Source: a virus
IMG/VR virus record: IMGVR_UViG_3300003177_000010
Location: 32,001-96,000 of that record
DNA length: 64,000 bases
Strand: one strand, 5' to 3'
How positions within the stretch are numbered: the first letter of the stretch is position 1; the number at the start of each line of letters is the position of its first letter. Positions 27,561 to 38,682 of the stretch are shown here, piece after piece. The notes beneath the pieces were generated by a model. The model searched no databases, was not told the DNA's origin, and was given only the letters and a program-made list of their open reading frames with translations. A program made the translations under genes and the position numbers.

Positions 27561-28384
27561 AAAAAAGTGTTATAAGTTTAATCAGCTATGATGCACATAT
27601 GCTAATAGAAAGTATAAAATCTTATTATGCATATGTAGACGAAATTATATTAGGGCTTGATGAAGATAGAATTAGCTGGAATAATAATAAATTCTCTTTT
27701 AATGAGGGGGAATTATGGGATTCTTTACTATCTATAGATGTGGATAATAAAATAGAGGTAATTCAAAGTAATTTTCATTCCTCAAAAATAGCTATAGAAA
27801 ATGATAATTATGAACGAAATTTTCTTAAAAGTAAATGCACAAATAGTTGGATTTTTAGCTTTGATGCTGATGAAGTATTATTAAATGCGAAAGATTTTTT
27901 CTATAGCTATTGCCCCATAGTCCATAAGTATAAAGAAGATAAAGATGTATGTATGATTTGGGTTACTCCTTTTAAAACTATAGGAGATACAACATTACTA
28001 ATAGTGAATGAAGACGGGGCACCTTTCTTCGGAGAAAATCAGAGCATAGCTACTTCTGTAAATAACACTTTTACTTACGCTAGATGGAGTAACGTGAGCG
28101 CTTCCGGGAAAAATAGGCTTATGTCCCCATTAATTGGGCTACATTGGAGCTTAGATAGAGATAAACAAGCATTGTATGAAAAAATTAACAATACAGGGCA
28201 TTCTGATATTGTTAATGAGGATCCATTTTTTTCTTTATGGAATAGTGTGACTTTAGATAATTATAAAGAATTTCATAACTTTAGAACATCAGGTATAGGG
28301 CCAGCTCAGTGGCCTAGGTTACGCGCAGTACCTACAAAAGATTTAGTATCTTTTATTATGAGTTATAAGGATAAAGCGTATTAA
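27557..28384 (+). CDS. GT2-like glycosyltransferase
   Basis: YVDEII, ERN, WIFSFDADE. Confidence 0.8.
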   Translation: MKKSVISLISYDAHMLIESIKSYYAYVDEIILGLDEDRISWNNNKFSFNEGELWDSLLSIDVDNKIEVIQSNFHSSKIAIENDNYERNFLKSKCTNSWIFSFDADEVLLNAKDFFYSYCPIVHKYKEDKDVCMIWVTPFKTIGDTTLLIVNEDGAPFFGENQSIATSVNNTFTYARWSNVSASGKNRLMSPLIGLHWSLDRDKQALYEKINNTGHSDIVNEDPFFSLWNSVTLDNYKEFHNFRTSGIGPAQWPRLRAVPTKDLVSFIMSYKDKAY

Positions 28385-29529
28385 TGTTAATTGAAATATT
28401 AGGAAAATTTTTTGATAATCACTCTCTGAGTATTATAAATAGAAACTTAGCAATAGGGCTACATAACGCAGGAGTTGCTGTACAAATTATAGCTATTGAT
28501 TCTTATGACCACGAATTTAAAGTAGACAAAGAATCAGTAAAAATATTACAAAAGTTACGTAAGTCTACCGATAAAGTACCAGATATACAAGTTAGACATA
28601 CTTACCCACCAATATGGCAGTGGCCAGAAAATAAAAAAACTAAAATAGTATTTATTCAGCCATGGGAGTTCCCTAAAGTACCTTTTGAATGGCAGTATAA
28701 ATTTGAGTCATTTGCAGATGCTTTAATAGTACCAAGTTCTACTAATGCTGAAGTATTTATAAAAGGGGGCTTACGCAGTGATAAAGTTTTTGTAGTACCT
28801 AACGGGTATGACGACAAAATTTTTAAAAGTGGTAGATCAACAAGTTCTTATGTTGAGGAATCTAAATTTAATTTTGTATATGTAGGAAATTCACAGTGGA
28901 GAAAAGGGTTAGATATACTGCTGAATGCGTGGCATAAATGTTTTAAGTCTTATGATAATGCAAGACTAATTATAAAAGATAACCCAAGGGTATATGGAGA
29001 TAGTAATATAATTAATGAAATCATCCGTATGCAATATAAAACTTCTTGTGCTCCTATTACTTATATAGATAGTGATTTATCTGTAGAGGATATGGCTGAT
29101 TTATATAGTAGCTGTTCTGTTATTGTGCATCCTTACAGGGCTGAAGGCTTCGGTATGCATATACAAGAAGCAGTAGCTTCTGGGTGTTTTCCTATTATTC
29201 CTAATAAAGGGCCTACTAATGACTTTATACCAGATGACTGTAGTATAAAAATAGATACTACTGCTACACCTATTAATATTGCAGATGCTAATATATTTGC
29301 TATGAAGCCAGGAGACTCAAGTACCTTAATGGGCACTCATACATTTATTGATGAGCCTTCTGAGCAATCTCTAGAAAAAGCACTTATGTATTTATATCAC
29401 AGCCATGAAAGAGATAAGATAGTTAGTAAAGTAAAGGGTATATCTACACTTAATACATGGGACAAAGTTATAAAGCAATACATTGATGTGTTTAACAAAA
29501 TAAGTAACAACCAGGTAAGGAGAACATAA
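28384..29529 (+). CDS. GT4 (GT-B) glycosyltransferase
   Basis: RKGLDILL, PYRAEGFGMHIQEAVASG. Confidence 0.9.
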   Translation: MLIEILGKFFDNHSLSIINRNLAIGLHNAGVAVQIIAIDSYDHEFKVDKESVKILQKLRKSTDKVPDIQVRHTYPPIWQWPENKKTKIVFIQPWEFPKVPFEWQYKFESFADALIVPSSTNAEVFIKGGLRSDKVFVVPNGYDDKIFKSGRSTSSYVEESKFNFVYVGNSQWRKGLDILLNAWHKCFKSYDNARLIIKDNPRVYGDSNIINEIIRMQYKTSCAPITYIDSDLSVEDMADLYSSCSVIVHPYRAEGFGMHIQEAVASGCFPIIPNKGPTNDFIPDDCSIKIDTTATPINIADANIFAMKPGDSSTLMGTHTFIDEPSEQSLEKALMYLYHSHERDKIVSKVKGISTLNTWDKVIKQYIDVFNKISNNQVRRT

Positions 29530-29686
29530 TGAAAGATAGTATTTTACTAAAGTGTAAAAACAAAATTGAAATTATAGAGTTAGCTACAATTCAAGGGTTC
29601 GACCAAGGTGCTATAGATAAGCTTATAGCACGGTGGGTAGAGCTAAAAAAAGTAAAGAATAAAAAGAAAAATAAGTCTATTAATTA

Positions 29687-29956
29687 ATGGACAAGGATTT
29701 TGGCGTTGCATTCCATAAACCTAATGGGAATGCAGTAAAAGTAACAATAAATGAGTTTAGAGATATATTATATCTACACATACGAGAATATATGATGGAT
29801 GGGGATACAGGCACTTGGTTCCCCACTAAAAGTGGTTTTTCTATGCATGCAGATGAGGTAACATCTTTAATACCTTTATTAGAAGAAGCAGGCCATTTAA
29901 TAGCTAAAAGGTACGAGCATTCTACACAACTAACATTGCCTTTGGAGTATAAATGA
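29687..29956 (+). CDS. PC4-like ssDNA-binding protein
   Basis: VTINEFR..YLHIREY...W.PTK.G. Confidence 0.8.
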   Translation: MDKDFGVAFHKPNGNAVKVTINEFRDILYLHIREYMMDGDTGTWFPTKSGFSMHADEVTSLIPLLEEAGHLIAKRYEHSTQLTLPLEYK

Positions 29957-30264
29957 GTTTAAAAGCCTGGGAAGATAAAGACACAGAGAAATTAATAGAC
30001 TTGTACGTAAATAGAAAAGAACAAGATGTACACAAGTTAGCTAAGGTATTTAATAAAGGCTATAGAAGTGTTATAAGTAAATTAGTACAATTAAAGATAT
30101 ACGAAAAGCCTATTAATACTATAGAAAAAGCACCTACAGTTAAAATGATGGTATTAGAAATAGAAGGCATGTTTGGTATTCAACTTAACGGATATAACCT
30201 AAATAATAAGCAAAACCTAACTATATTGTTAAAAGAGTTAAAAAAGCGGTATTGTAGTGATTAA
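29953..30264 (+). CDS. Hypothetical HTH-like protein
   Basis: W...L..LY...LA..F....RSVISKL. Confidence 0.55.
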   Translation: MSLKAWEDKDTEKLIDLYVNRKEQDVHKLAKVFNKGYRSVISKLVQLKIYEKPINTIEKAPTVKMMVLEIEGMFGIQLNGYNLNNKQNLTILLKELKKRYCSD

Positions 30265-30334
30265 ATGTAATTAATTATTGCTAACTACTAATATTAAGTA
30301 TAATATAGGTATATACACATAAGGCTATAAATTT

Positions 30335-32077
30335 ATGAACTATATCACTTTAAAGAAACTAGTACAAAAACACTGCGATTTATACTACGATCAGTCAGTG
30401 CCTAGCATATCAGATGCAGACTTCGATGCTCTATACGATAAGCTGGAAGAGGTAGAAAAAGCACAAGGATGGCAGGCTATTGATTCCCCCACAGTAAAAG
30501 TTGGAGGCATAGCAGGTAAGGTGCAACACCCATTTAAGTTGTACTCTCTACAAAAAGTATACAATGTAGAAGAAGTGCCCTCTAATTTTAGTATAGAAAC
30601 CCCAAAAATAGACGGTACTAATATAACTCTAGTGTATAAGTTGGGGCGCTTATCGGCTGCTCTAACACGAGGCAATGGAGAAATGGGGGATAATGTTTTA
30701 CACCTAGTAAAGCACATAAAAAATATACCTAAAACTATAAAATCTTCGTGGAAAATAGTAGTAATAAATGGCGAGTGTGTTACTAATAAAAAAGTAGATA
30801 ATTTTAGGAACTACGTATCTGGCGCCTTAGGGCTGAAGTCGGAAGAGGAATTTAAAAATAGAGATATTTTATTTATTGCACACGATTTATTAGGCGTAAC
30901 TTTAGATTACACTACTAGAATGAAATTAGTTAGTGCTATGGGTATAACTACAGTTATGGATCCTATTGCAGATAAGTATCCGCAAGATGGTAGAGTATTT
31001 AGAATTGATAGTTATAACAAATCTGTCACTTTAGGGTATACTTCTAAATACCCTAAATTTGCAATAGCATTAAAAGAGAGAGAAGTTACTGTTGCTATAT
31101 CTACCTTGCAGGAAGTAATATGGACAGTAGGGAGAACAGGAACAGTAAACCCTACTGGTATTATCAGCCCAGTGGTTTTAGATGATGCTACAATAACTAG
31201 AGTAACTTTACATAACATCCGTATAATAGAGGATAATAGTCTAGGCATAGGGGATACTATAAAAGTAGAAAGAGCAGGAGGAGTTATACCTAAATTTCTG
31301 GAAGTTATAGAGCATTCGAAACATAACATTAAAATAAGTAAAATTGATGCAGAGAAGCAAGTTAATCTAGAGCTAGTTAGAAAAGGGCCTACACTTGTTG
31401 TTAAGAATTCTAGTGATGTAAATCAAGCTAAAGTAGTAGAGCATTTTGTTAAAACTATGGAAATTAAAGGGTTAGGCCCTGCATCCATAAACAAAATGAA
31501 TATTACTCATATAAGCCAACTATATAGCAGTAACACTAAGTGGGATCAATTAGGAGCAAACGGGCAAAAAATACTTCAAGAAGTATATAAGTCTAGATTA
31601 AAACCATATAGTATTGTGTTAGCTGCTTTAGGTATAAAAGGGGTAGGTAGGGCAGCAGCTAAGGTTATAGTTAATAAAATACCTGCATTTATACATCTAA
31701 AGGATATTGAGTACACAGAAGTTAAAGGAGTAGGCCCCGCTACTATTAATTCTATACTTAGTTTTTTGGAGGATAATGAGGACTGGGTACTGAAGTTACC
31801 TCTACAATTGAGGCAAGAATTATTAATTTCAGATATATTAGATGAACCTACTAAGAAAGTATGCATTACAGGTAAAATGGATATTACTAGAAAAGAGCTA
31901 AGTGATGAATTAGAAATTCTAGGGTACAAAACTACATCTACTGTTACTAAAGATTGCTATGCATTGATAACAGGTGGGGATACTAGCTCTTCTAAGTATA
32001 AAAAAGCTATAGCACAAGGAACTACTATAGTAGATTATTGGTCAAGAAAAAAAGAGGTGCTAACAGGAAAATTTTAG
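30335..32077 (+). CDS. ligA: NAD-dependent DNA ligase
   Basis: KIDG, TRGNG..G, VGRTG, RAGGVIP, C-terminal BRCT. Confidence 0.95.
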   Translation: MNYITLKKLVQKHCDLYYDQSVPSISDADFDALYDKLEEVEKAQGWQAIDSPTVKVGGIAGKVQHPFKLYSLQKVYNVEEVPSNFSIETPKIDGTNITLVYKLGRLSAALTRGNGEMGDNVLHLVKHIKNIPKTIKSSWKIVVINGECVTNKKVDNFRNYVSGALGLKSEEEFKNRDILFIAHDLLGVTLDYTTRMKLVSAMGITTVMDPIADKYPQDGRVFRIDSYNKSVTLGYTSKYPKFAIALKEREVTVAISTLQEVIWTVGRTGTVNPTGIISPVVLDDATITRVTLHNIRIIEDNSLGIGDTIKVERAGGVIPKFLEVIEHSKHNIKISKIDAEKQVNLELVRKGPTLVVKNSSDVNQAKVVEHFVKTMEIKGLGPASINKMNITHISQLYSSNTKWDQLGANGQKILQEVYKSRLKPYSIVLAALGIKGVGRAAAKVIVNKIPAFIHLKDIEYTEVKGVGPATINSILSFLEDNEDWVLKLPLQLRQELLISDILDEPTKKVCITGKMDITRKELSDELEILGYKTTSTVTKDCYALITGGDTSSSKYKKAIAQGTTIVDYWSRKKEVLTGKF

Positions 32078-32215
32078 TAATTAATTGTAGTATAGAACAA
32101 AAAATAATCAAATTTGTATTTGCTAAATAATAAAATTTATTATATGATGTAATCACAGACAAAAAAGTAATAATGCTTTTTTGTAAAAAATAAAAAGTAA
32201 TGACAAAGGAAAAAC

Positions 32216-32899
32216 ATGTCAAAATTTGAATACACAGAAGAAATGGTAGAAGAAATGCACACAGTAAGTGCTAATGGTGTAACAGAGGATATTGTGCAGT
32301 CCCTAATGGAGGATTTTGGATTTCCTCGTAGATCCGTAACAGCTAAGCTTCGTAAGCTAGGGTTTGATGTACCTAAGAAACAAGGAGCAGCCGCAGTATT
32401 TTCTGCTGAAGAAACTGCTGCTCTTACAGATATTCTTGAAAATAATAATCAAGAAAAAACCGCTGAAGAAATTGCTAGTACTTTCGCCGATGGTAAGTTC
32501 TCTGCTCGCCAAATAAATGGTAAAGCTCTTGCCTTAGATATGACTGGTACTATTAAACCGGCAGAGAAAAAAGTAGTTGCTAAAACTTATACTGATGCTG
32601 AGGAGGCAACTGTTCGAGAAATGGCTGAAAGCGGTAAGTTTCTAGAAGAAATTGCAGATGCTCTAGGCAAAACTAAAAACTCTGTGCGCGGTAAATTGCT
32701 ATCTATGAAACTTAAAGCAGAGCAACGTGACAAAGTAGGCGCTAAAGCTGATGCTTATGCGGGTATTGAAGATAATCAAGATAAAACTATCGAAGAACTA
32801 GCAGAAATGTTTGATAAAACTGTACGAGGTGTGAAAACTGTACTTACCCGTAGAGGTCTTGTAGCAGCTGATTATACCCCTAAAGCTTCTAAAGAGTAA
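32216..32899 (+). CDS. T5 D5-like DNA-binding transcription factor
   Basis: Repeated RSV.AKL/SVRGKLLS helices; synteny after ligase. Confidence 0.8.
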   Translation: MSKFEYTEEMVEEMHTVSANGVTEDIVQSLMEDFGFPRRSVTAKLRKLGFDVPKKQGAAAVFSAEETAALTDILENNNQEKTAEEIASTFADGKFSARQINGKALALDMTGTIKPAEKKVVAKTYTDAEEATVREMAESGKFLEEIADALGKTKNSVRGKLLSMKLKAEQRDKVGAKADAYAGIEDNQDKTIEELAEMFDKTVRGVKTVLTRRGLVAADYTPKASKE

Positions 32900-32928
32900 C
32901 TATAAGGTACTTAAGTAGGGGACTACTT

Positions 32929-32960
32929 ATAGGGAACAACTACGGTTGTTCCCTATTTTT
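32929..32960 (+). terminator. Intrinsic terminator
   Basis: atagggaacaac-tacg-gttgttccctat-tttt. Confidence 0.9.
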
Positions 32961-32976
32961 ATTATTTGAGGGTTAT

Positions 32977-33273
32977 ATGAAATTAAGTGAGTTAACAGAT
33001 GCTCAATTAGATTATATACTAGGTATGGGTACAGTCAAAAGGGCAGAGTATTTAAGTACGGTGTTACACCAGCAATTTCCTAATGTACAAGTAGGGTCCA
33101 AGGAATATACAGAATTACTAGAATGTTATATTAGTAGTTTTTTCGTTGAGAAACTATATAGGAGTAATAGATTTTTCAACGAAAAATTTATAGTTACATA
33201 TACAGATACAGGTATGATACATAGTATAACATCAAATATATATTTTGATGAAAAAAGTTTTACAATCCACTAG
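32977..33273 (+). CDS. Hypothetical protein
   Basis: GAGG SD, 98 aa. Confidence 0.6.
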   Translation: MKLSELTDAQLDYILGMGTVKRAEYLSTVLHQQFPNVQVGSKEYTELLECYISSFFVEKLYRSNRFFNEKFIVTYTDTGMIHSITSNIYFDEKSFTIH

Positions 33274-33360
33274 TAAAAAATATATAATTTTATTATTGAC
33301 TGATGGTTATTTTTTATATATACTTATTAGTAACTGATTACATAAAAAATAAGGTTATCT

Positions 33361-34122
33361 ATGACAAGAAAAACTAAAAAGTTAGAAATATCAGAAGCCA
33401 AGATACGTCAAGCTATTTGGTATTTGAAAAAGAAAAAAACTAAGAAATTTGTATGTGAACACCTAGGTATAAAGTATAATACTAAACGTCTAGACAGTAT
33501 TATAAAAGAATTTAATGAAGGATTAGCCAGGGATAAAAGGCTAAAGGCTGCTGCTAAAGTTAAAGTATTTTCTAATGCTGAAATAAATAGTATAATAAAA
33601 GAGTATTTAAATGGAGGTACTCAAACAGGCATTGCCAAGGAATGGTATATTTCTGCGGCCAGAGTAAAGAAAATACTAGTAGAAAATAATGTACCTATTA
33701 GGGCTAGAGGTAAGAATAAAAAAGCCACAGTTGCCCATATCGTTCAAGATTTAGATGTACAGTTTAATAATAATGATAGAGTATTTATAGCTAAGTATAA
33801 TTGTTTTGGAGTAATTAAGCAAATATACGACGAAAAGTATGTTGAGTACTTAGAAAGAGGTACACAAAGGTATGTAGAATTGACAAAGTTTATTAGAGGT
33901 AGAAATAACTATTTGGAGCCTAAAATAGGTATACATTATGAAATTTACTGGGTTCTTGAAGACGGTAAAGAAATGAAAATGAGTGCTGTAAATAGGTTAA
34001 GAAATAATATACTTGCTATTTTAGAAGATACCGGAAGGGAGTACTATTTAGTATGGAGAGATGATGATTATGCAGGTAACTACTACCTTAGCAGAGAGCA
34101 ATTATACCCGGTAGTACAATAG
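33361..34122 (+). CDS. Hypothetical DNA-binding protein
   Basis: Basic, HTH-like segments; promoter TTGACT..TATACT upstream. Confidence 0.65.
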   Translation: MTRKTKKLEISEAKIRQAIWYLKKKKTKKFVCEHLGIKYNTKRLDSIIKEFNEGLARDKRLKAAAKVKVFSNAEINSIIKEYLNGGTQTGIAKEWYISAARVKKILVENNVPIRARGKNKKATVAHIVQDLDVQFNNNDRVFIAKYNCFGVIKQIYDEKYVEYLERGTQRYVELTKFIRGRNNYLEPKIGIHYEIYWVLEDGKEMKMSAVNRLRNNILAILEDTGREYYLVWRDDDYAGNYYLSREQLYPVVQ

Positions 34123-34123
34123 T

Positions 34124-35509
34124 ATGGTAGTAGATTTACAAAAAATTGCAGTTAGAAGACTATTAGATAAACAAAGCCACGATTTATTTTCTAAGATACA
34201 AACCTCTTACTTTACGGGGGCCAATAGTGCTATATTTGATAAGATTCAGTCATTTTATAAGGCTAATACTAAATTACCTTCAGTAAACGAATTTTTAGTA
34301 TTAAGAAAGGATCAGTTACTACAAGATTATCTAGAGAATCAAATATTAGATGATAATAATGTCAATGACCTAATAGGAGATGAGTTTTTAGTAGCCCAGC
34401 TACAAGATTATTTTATAAGAGAGGAAACTATAAGTTTTCTAGACAAATTTGTAGATAATCTTGATAACTTAGAAAAAGTAGAGATAATTGAAGAGTTTAA
34501 TGACCATCTACTAACACTTAATAAAGCTATGCCATATGATGATGAACTATTTGATGTTGCTAAATTAGATTTCTTCTCTGAAGAAGAGACTTATAAACTA
34601 TACCCATCAGGGCTATCTGCAGAGTTTGATTCGGTTAATGGTGGCTTTGGTACACAAGAGTTAGTATTATTAGGAGGTAGAAGAGGGTCCGGTAAGTCTA
34701 TATTAACGGTAAATATGGCTTTAACTAGATTTTTCAGCGGAAATACTGTAGCGTTATTCTCTATAGAAATGAGGTATAAAGAGGTATACGACAGAATAAT
34801 GTCTATTATATCTGGCGTACCGTTTCTAGATATATATAAAAATAAAACTTCTACAGAGCAAAAAATAACTATGGCTAAAGCTAAATTTAAAGCTTTTTAC
34901 AAACCTTCAGCAGAAGTAGATGACTTATTAAAGACCTTAGAGCTAACTGCTAATTTTAAAGACTTCGATAGTAAATTAAAAATTATAGGGCCAGAGTTAC
35001 TAGATAATAGGTTATTTATAATTGATGATGAGAGTTTAACTTTAAATAGAATTGATCATTATTGCAATATGTTTAAAAATAAGTATCCAGACTTTACATT
35101 AGCTGCAGTAGATTATCTTAATATTATTAACCATGAAGACCAAAAAAATTGGCAAACTCAGATTGTAATTGCAGATTCTCTAAAAACATTAGCTAGAAAA
35201 CACGATGTTACAATATTATCACCTTATCAAATTGACGCAAGCGGCGAGGCTAGATTTGCTAAGGGTATCCTAGACTCTGCAGATAGAAGTTTTAACTTTT
35301 TCCCACCACCAGAATCTGAAGATAGGGAATTAGAATCTAAAATAACTGTACATACAACTAAGATTCGTAACGGTAGGCATATGAGTTTCGATGTTAATAT
35401 GAATTGGGAATGTGTAAAAGTAGACCCAAATATGTCTAAAGTAGTTAATGAAAAACCCCATAATGCCACTAAGTTCGGCACAGGCAGAGAGTACGCAGAC
35501 GATATATAA
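34124..35509 (+). CDS. DnaB-like replicative helicase
   Basis: GRRGSGKS, FSIEM, VDYL. Confidence 0.92.
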   Translation: MVVDLQKIAVRRLLDKQSHDLFSKIQTSYFTGANSAIFDKIQSFYKANTKLPSVNEFLVLRKDQLLQDYLENQILDDNNVNDLIGDEFLVAQLQDYFIREETISFLDKFVDNLDNLEKVEIIEEFNDHLLTLNKAMPYDDELFDVAKLDFFSEEETYKLYPSGLSAEFDSVNGGFGTQELVLLGGRRGSGKSILTVNMALTRFFSGNTVALFSIEMRYKEVYDRIMSIISGVPFLDIYKNKTSTEQKITMAKAKFKAFYKPSAEVDDLLKTLELTANFKDFDSKLKIIGPELLDNRLFIIDDESLTLNRIDHYCNMFKNKYPDFTLAAVDYLNIINHEDQKNWQTQIVIADSLKTLARKHDVTILSPYQIDASGEARFAKGILDSADRSFNFFPPPESEDRELESKITVHTTKIRNGRHMSFDVNMNWECVKVDPNMSKVVNEKPHNATKFGTGREYADDI

Positions 35510-36369
35510 TGGATATTAGAGAAGTATTAACAGACAAAGGTATACCTTTTAAAGACACTAATAACCCATACGAAATACTTATACAATGTACTAGTGGAGA
35601 ACATGAAGATAATAATGCTAGCTTATCTTATAACCTAGATAAAGATATATTTAATTGCTGGAGTTGCGGGTTTAAGGGAGGTTCTACTAAATTTCTTGCA
35701 TCTATAGGTGTTACAGAATTACTAGAATCTGATTCAAAACAACCTTTTAGAATAAGAAAACTTAAAAGTAAAATAGAGGATAAGATGCTAAAACATTCAG
35801 TAAAACTGCCATTAGATAAGGTAATGGTTACTGAATGTTTTAAAAATATCCATCCTAGAGTACTGATAGAATTCGGAGCATTCACTACTGATTCTCTAGG
35901 GTTATCGGACTACTTCTGTATTCCTGTATACCAATTCAATAAATTAAGATTTATAGAAGGTAGGCTGCAATATACTAATAGTGATCATAAGTCTAAATAT
36001 AATAGAAGACCTGAAAAAGCAATTACAGCAGATTGTTTATTTCCTTTAGACAAAGTAGGAAATGTTAACTATGTGATTTTAGTAGAAGGTATTTTTGATA
36101 TGCTAAATATGTGGCAACTTGGGTATACTAATACTCTATGTATATTCGGGGCTAGTAATTTTAGTAAAAAGAAAGTAGATTTGCTAGATAGAGTAGGAGT
36201 CACTAGAGTAGATATATTAATGGACCCAGATATACCAGGGCAAAAAGCTGCTAAAAATATAGAAGAATTACTTGAAAAACATGATATTTTTTCTAGAAAT
36301 ATATTACTACCTGAAGGCGTTGACCCAGGAGAATTAACACAAGCGCAAGCTAAAGCCTATTTAAAATAA
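35509..36369 (+). CDS. DNA primase
   Basis: Zn finger (C..H..CWSC), TOPRIM VEGIFD, DPD. Confidence 0.92.
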   Translation: MDIREVLTDKGIPFKDTNNPYEILIQCTSGEHEDNNASLSYNLDKDIFNCWSCGFKGGSTKFLASIGVTELLESDSKQPFRIRKLKSKIEDKMLKHSVKLPLDKVMVTECFKNIHPRVLIEFGAFTTDSLGLSDYFCIPVYQFNKLRFIEGRLQYTNSDHKSKYNRRPEKAITADCLFPLDKVGNVNYVILVEGIFDMLNMWQLGYTNTLCIFGASNFSKKKVDLLDRVGVTRVDILMDPDIPGQKAAKNIEELLEKHDIFSRNILLPEGVDPGELTQAQAKAYLK

Positions 36370-36399
36370 ATACAAACAACCCGAGGAAGGGTATAAAAT

Positions 36400-38682
36400 A
36401 TGACAAATAAATCAGAAGTATGTTTTGTTTTTGCAAGTACTGCAGAAAAAGGAGCTACACAAATAGTCAATAAGTATCTTAGTGGGGTACCTTATGATAT
36501 TAAATTTCTTTGTAGTAGCCCTAAAGATAAGGTTCTTAAAAAAGATGTAAACCTGAATTTAGAAGAATTGGAGGGGTATAAAGTTGTATGTCCTATAGGT
36601 GCCGAATCCCTAAAATATGCAGTAGGTATGACAGGGGTACAAAAATATAATGGAGTGTTTATAGAAAAAAAATATTTACCTATTATGCATCCGAATATCG
36701 CTATTATTAAGCCCCAGCTCGATAAGGAAATACAAAAGGCATTTAATAAAATACCTAGTATTCTAGAAGGTGAGGACTTCAACAAAGCTAGCGAAAAAGA
36801 TTATTGTTTTATTGAAGACGATGAGCAATTTCAAGTATACAAAGACCAATTAACTGAGGCCTCAGAACTAGTAGTAGACATTGAGACTACTTCTGTATCT
36901 CCACATACAGGAAATATACTAGGCATAGCTATATCTACTAAACCTCACCAAGGTCTATATATATCTATAGCTATTGTTAATAAGCATAAAAATTGGTTTT
37001 TTAACTTATTTAAAAGTAAAAAGTGTATATTTCATAATGCTAAATTCGATACGCAATTTATGGAGTACGAACTAGGATTTGAGTTTCCAGATATAGAAGA
37101 TACTATGTTGCTACATTACTGTCTAGAAGAATCTGTAGGTACTCACGGACTTAAACCGTTAGCCTTAAGGTTTACTGATTTAGGGGACTACGAGAGAGAA
37201 TTAGATACATATAAGAAAACGTGGGCTAGACAGAATAAAGTAAAATTAGCTGATTTTAACTACGGTATGCTACCTAGTGAAATACTAGCCCCTTATGCTT
37301 GCAGAGATGCAGACGGAACTGCTCAATTATACTCTAAGTTTAAACCTTTAGTAAGTGCTAGCCCTGAGTTCTCTAAATTATATAAAGAGATTTTAATGCC
37401 TGCAACCCATGCATTAAAAAGACTAGAAGCAAACGGTGGTCCTGTTGATAGGGAGCAAGTTGAATGGCTAGCTGAACAATACAAAATTGACGTCGAAGAA
37501 TGTGTAGCTGAAATATCAATGAATAGCGCTGTTAAAAGATTTGAAAGAATACATGAAAAAACTTTTAACCCTAACTCTACCATGCAACTTAGAGAAGTAT
37601 TTTTTAATATTATGGGAGTTAAACCAGTAAAGAAAACAGCTACTGGTGCGTTTTCTGTGGATAAAGAAGTTCTTTTAGAAATGAATAATCCATTAGCTGA
37701 TGCAGTACTTGAACTTCGTTCAAAAACTAAAATGGCAGGTACTTATATTAATAATATAAGAAAAGGCATTAATAAAGATGATAGGTTAAGGAGTGGATTT
37801 AATATACATGGTACTACTTCTGGTAGACTTAGCTCTAGTGGTACCTTAAATTATCAGAATATTCCTAGAGATAATAAAGACATTAAAAAGCTATTTAAAG
37901 CCCGTCCTGGGTATAAGATAGTACAGTGCGACTTAGGTACTGCTGAAGTATACTATGCAGCTGTACTAAGTAAGGATAAATTCTTACAGCAAGCATTCAT
38001 TGATAAGCTAGATTTCCACTCTTATATTGCCAAGCAAATGTTTAACTTGCCTTGTGAAGTACACGAGGTAAAATCTACATACCCTGCTGAGAGACAATAT
38101 GCAAAAGCTATAACTTTTGGGATTATGTACCAGGCAGGACCAGCTAAAATTGCTGAAACAGTTAACAAAGATGCTAAAGCAGGAGAAGAGATAACTATAC
38201 CTCAAGCAAAGCAATTTATTAATAAGTACTTTAAGGAGGCTAAAAAACTAAAAATATTCATTGATAATTCTAATTTACAAATAGAAAATTATGCTTTTAT
38301 ATATTCTTTCTTCGGCAGAAAAAGAAGACTACCAGAAGCAAGGTCTACTAATAGAGGAGTAGCTACTCATGCTATTAGATCTGGTGTCAACTTTCTAGTT
38401 CAATCTGTAGCTTCCGATATAAATGTGCTAGGAGTTATAGATTTAATTAATTGGCTAGATGACAATAATTTAAATAAGGACATTATACCTTTTACTGTTG
38501 TTCACGACTCTATAGTTAGCGAAGTCAAAGAAGATATGATAGAATTTTATATTAAAAATACCAAAGAATTTATTCAAAAGGACAGAGGGCTGAGCATACC
38601 GGGGTGCCCTATAAAAGTAGACTTTGAAGTTGGGGATAGCTGGGGTGACCTACAAGACGAAGCAGATTATTTCAAAGTATAA
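36400..38682 (+). CDS. Family A DNA polymerase with 3'-5' exonuclease
   Basis: DIET, HNAKFD, SGRLSS, R..AKAITFGIMY, VHDS. Confidence 0.96.
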   Translation: MTNKSEVCFVFASTAEKGATQIVNKYLSGVPYDIKFLCSSPKDKVLKKDVNLNLEELEGYKVVCPIGAESLKYAVGMTGVQKYNGVFIEKKYLPIMHPNIAIIKPQLDKEIQKAFNKIPSILEGEDFNKASEKDYCFIEDDEQFQVYKDQLTEASELVVDIETTSVSPHTGNILGIAISTKPHQGLYISIAIVNKHKNWFFNLFKSKKCIFHNAKFDTQFMEYELGFEFPDIEDTMLLHYCLEESVGTHGLKPLALRFTDLGDYERELDTYKKTWARQNKVKLADFNYGMLPSEILAPYACRDADGTAQLYSKFKPLVSASPEFSKLYKEILMPATHALKRLEANGGPVDREQVEWLAEQYKIDVEECVAEISMNSAVKRFERIHEKTFNPNSTMQLREVFFNIMGVKPVKKTATGAFSVDKEVLLEMNNPLADAVLELRSKTKMAGTYINNIRKGINKDDRLRSGFNIHGTTSGRLSSSGTLNYQNIPRDNKDIKKLFKARPGYKIVQCDLGTAEVYYAAVLSKDKFLQQAFIDKLDFHSYIAKQMFNLPCEVHEVKSTYPAERQYAKAITFGIMYQAGPAKIAETVNKDAKAGEEITIPQAKQFINKYFKEAKKLKIFIDNSNLQIENYAFIYSFFGRKRRLPEARSTNRGVATHAIRSGVNFLVQSVASDINVLGVIDLINWLDDNNLNKDIIPFTVVHDSIVSEVKEDMIEFYIKNTKEFIQKDRGLSIPGCPIKVDFEVGDSWGDLQDEADYFKV

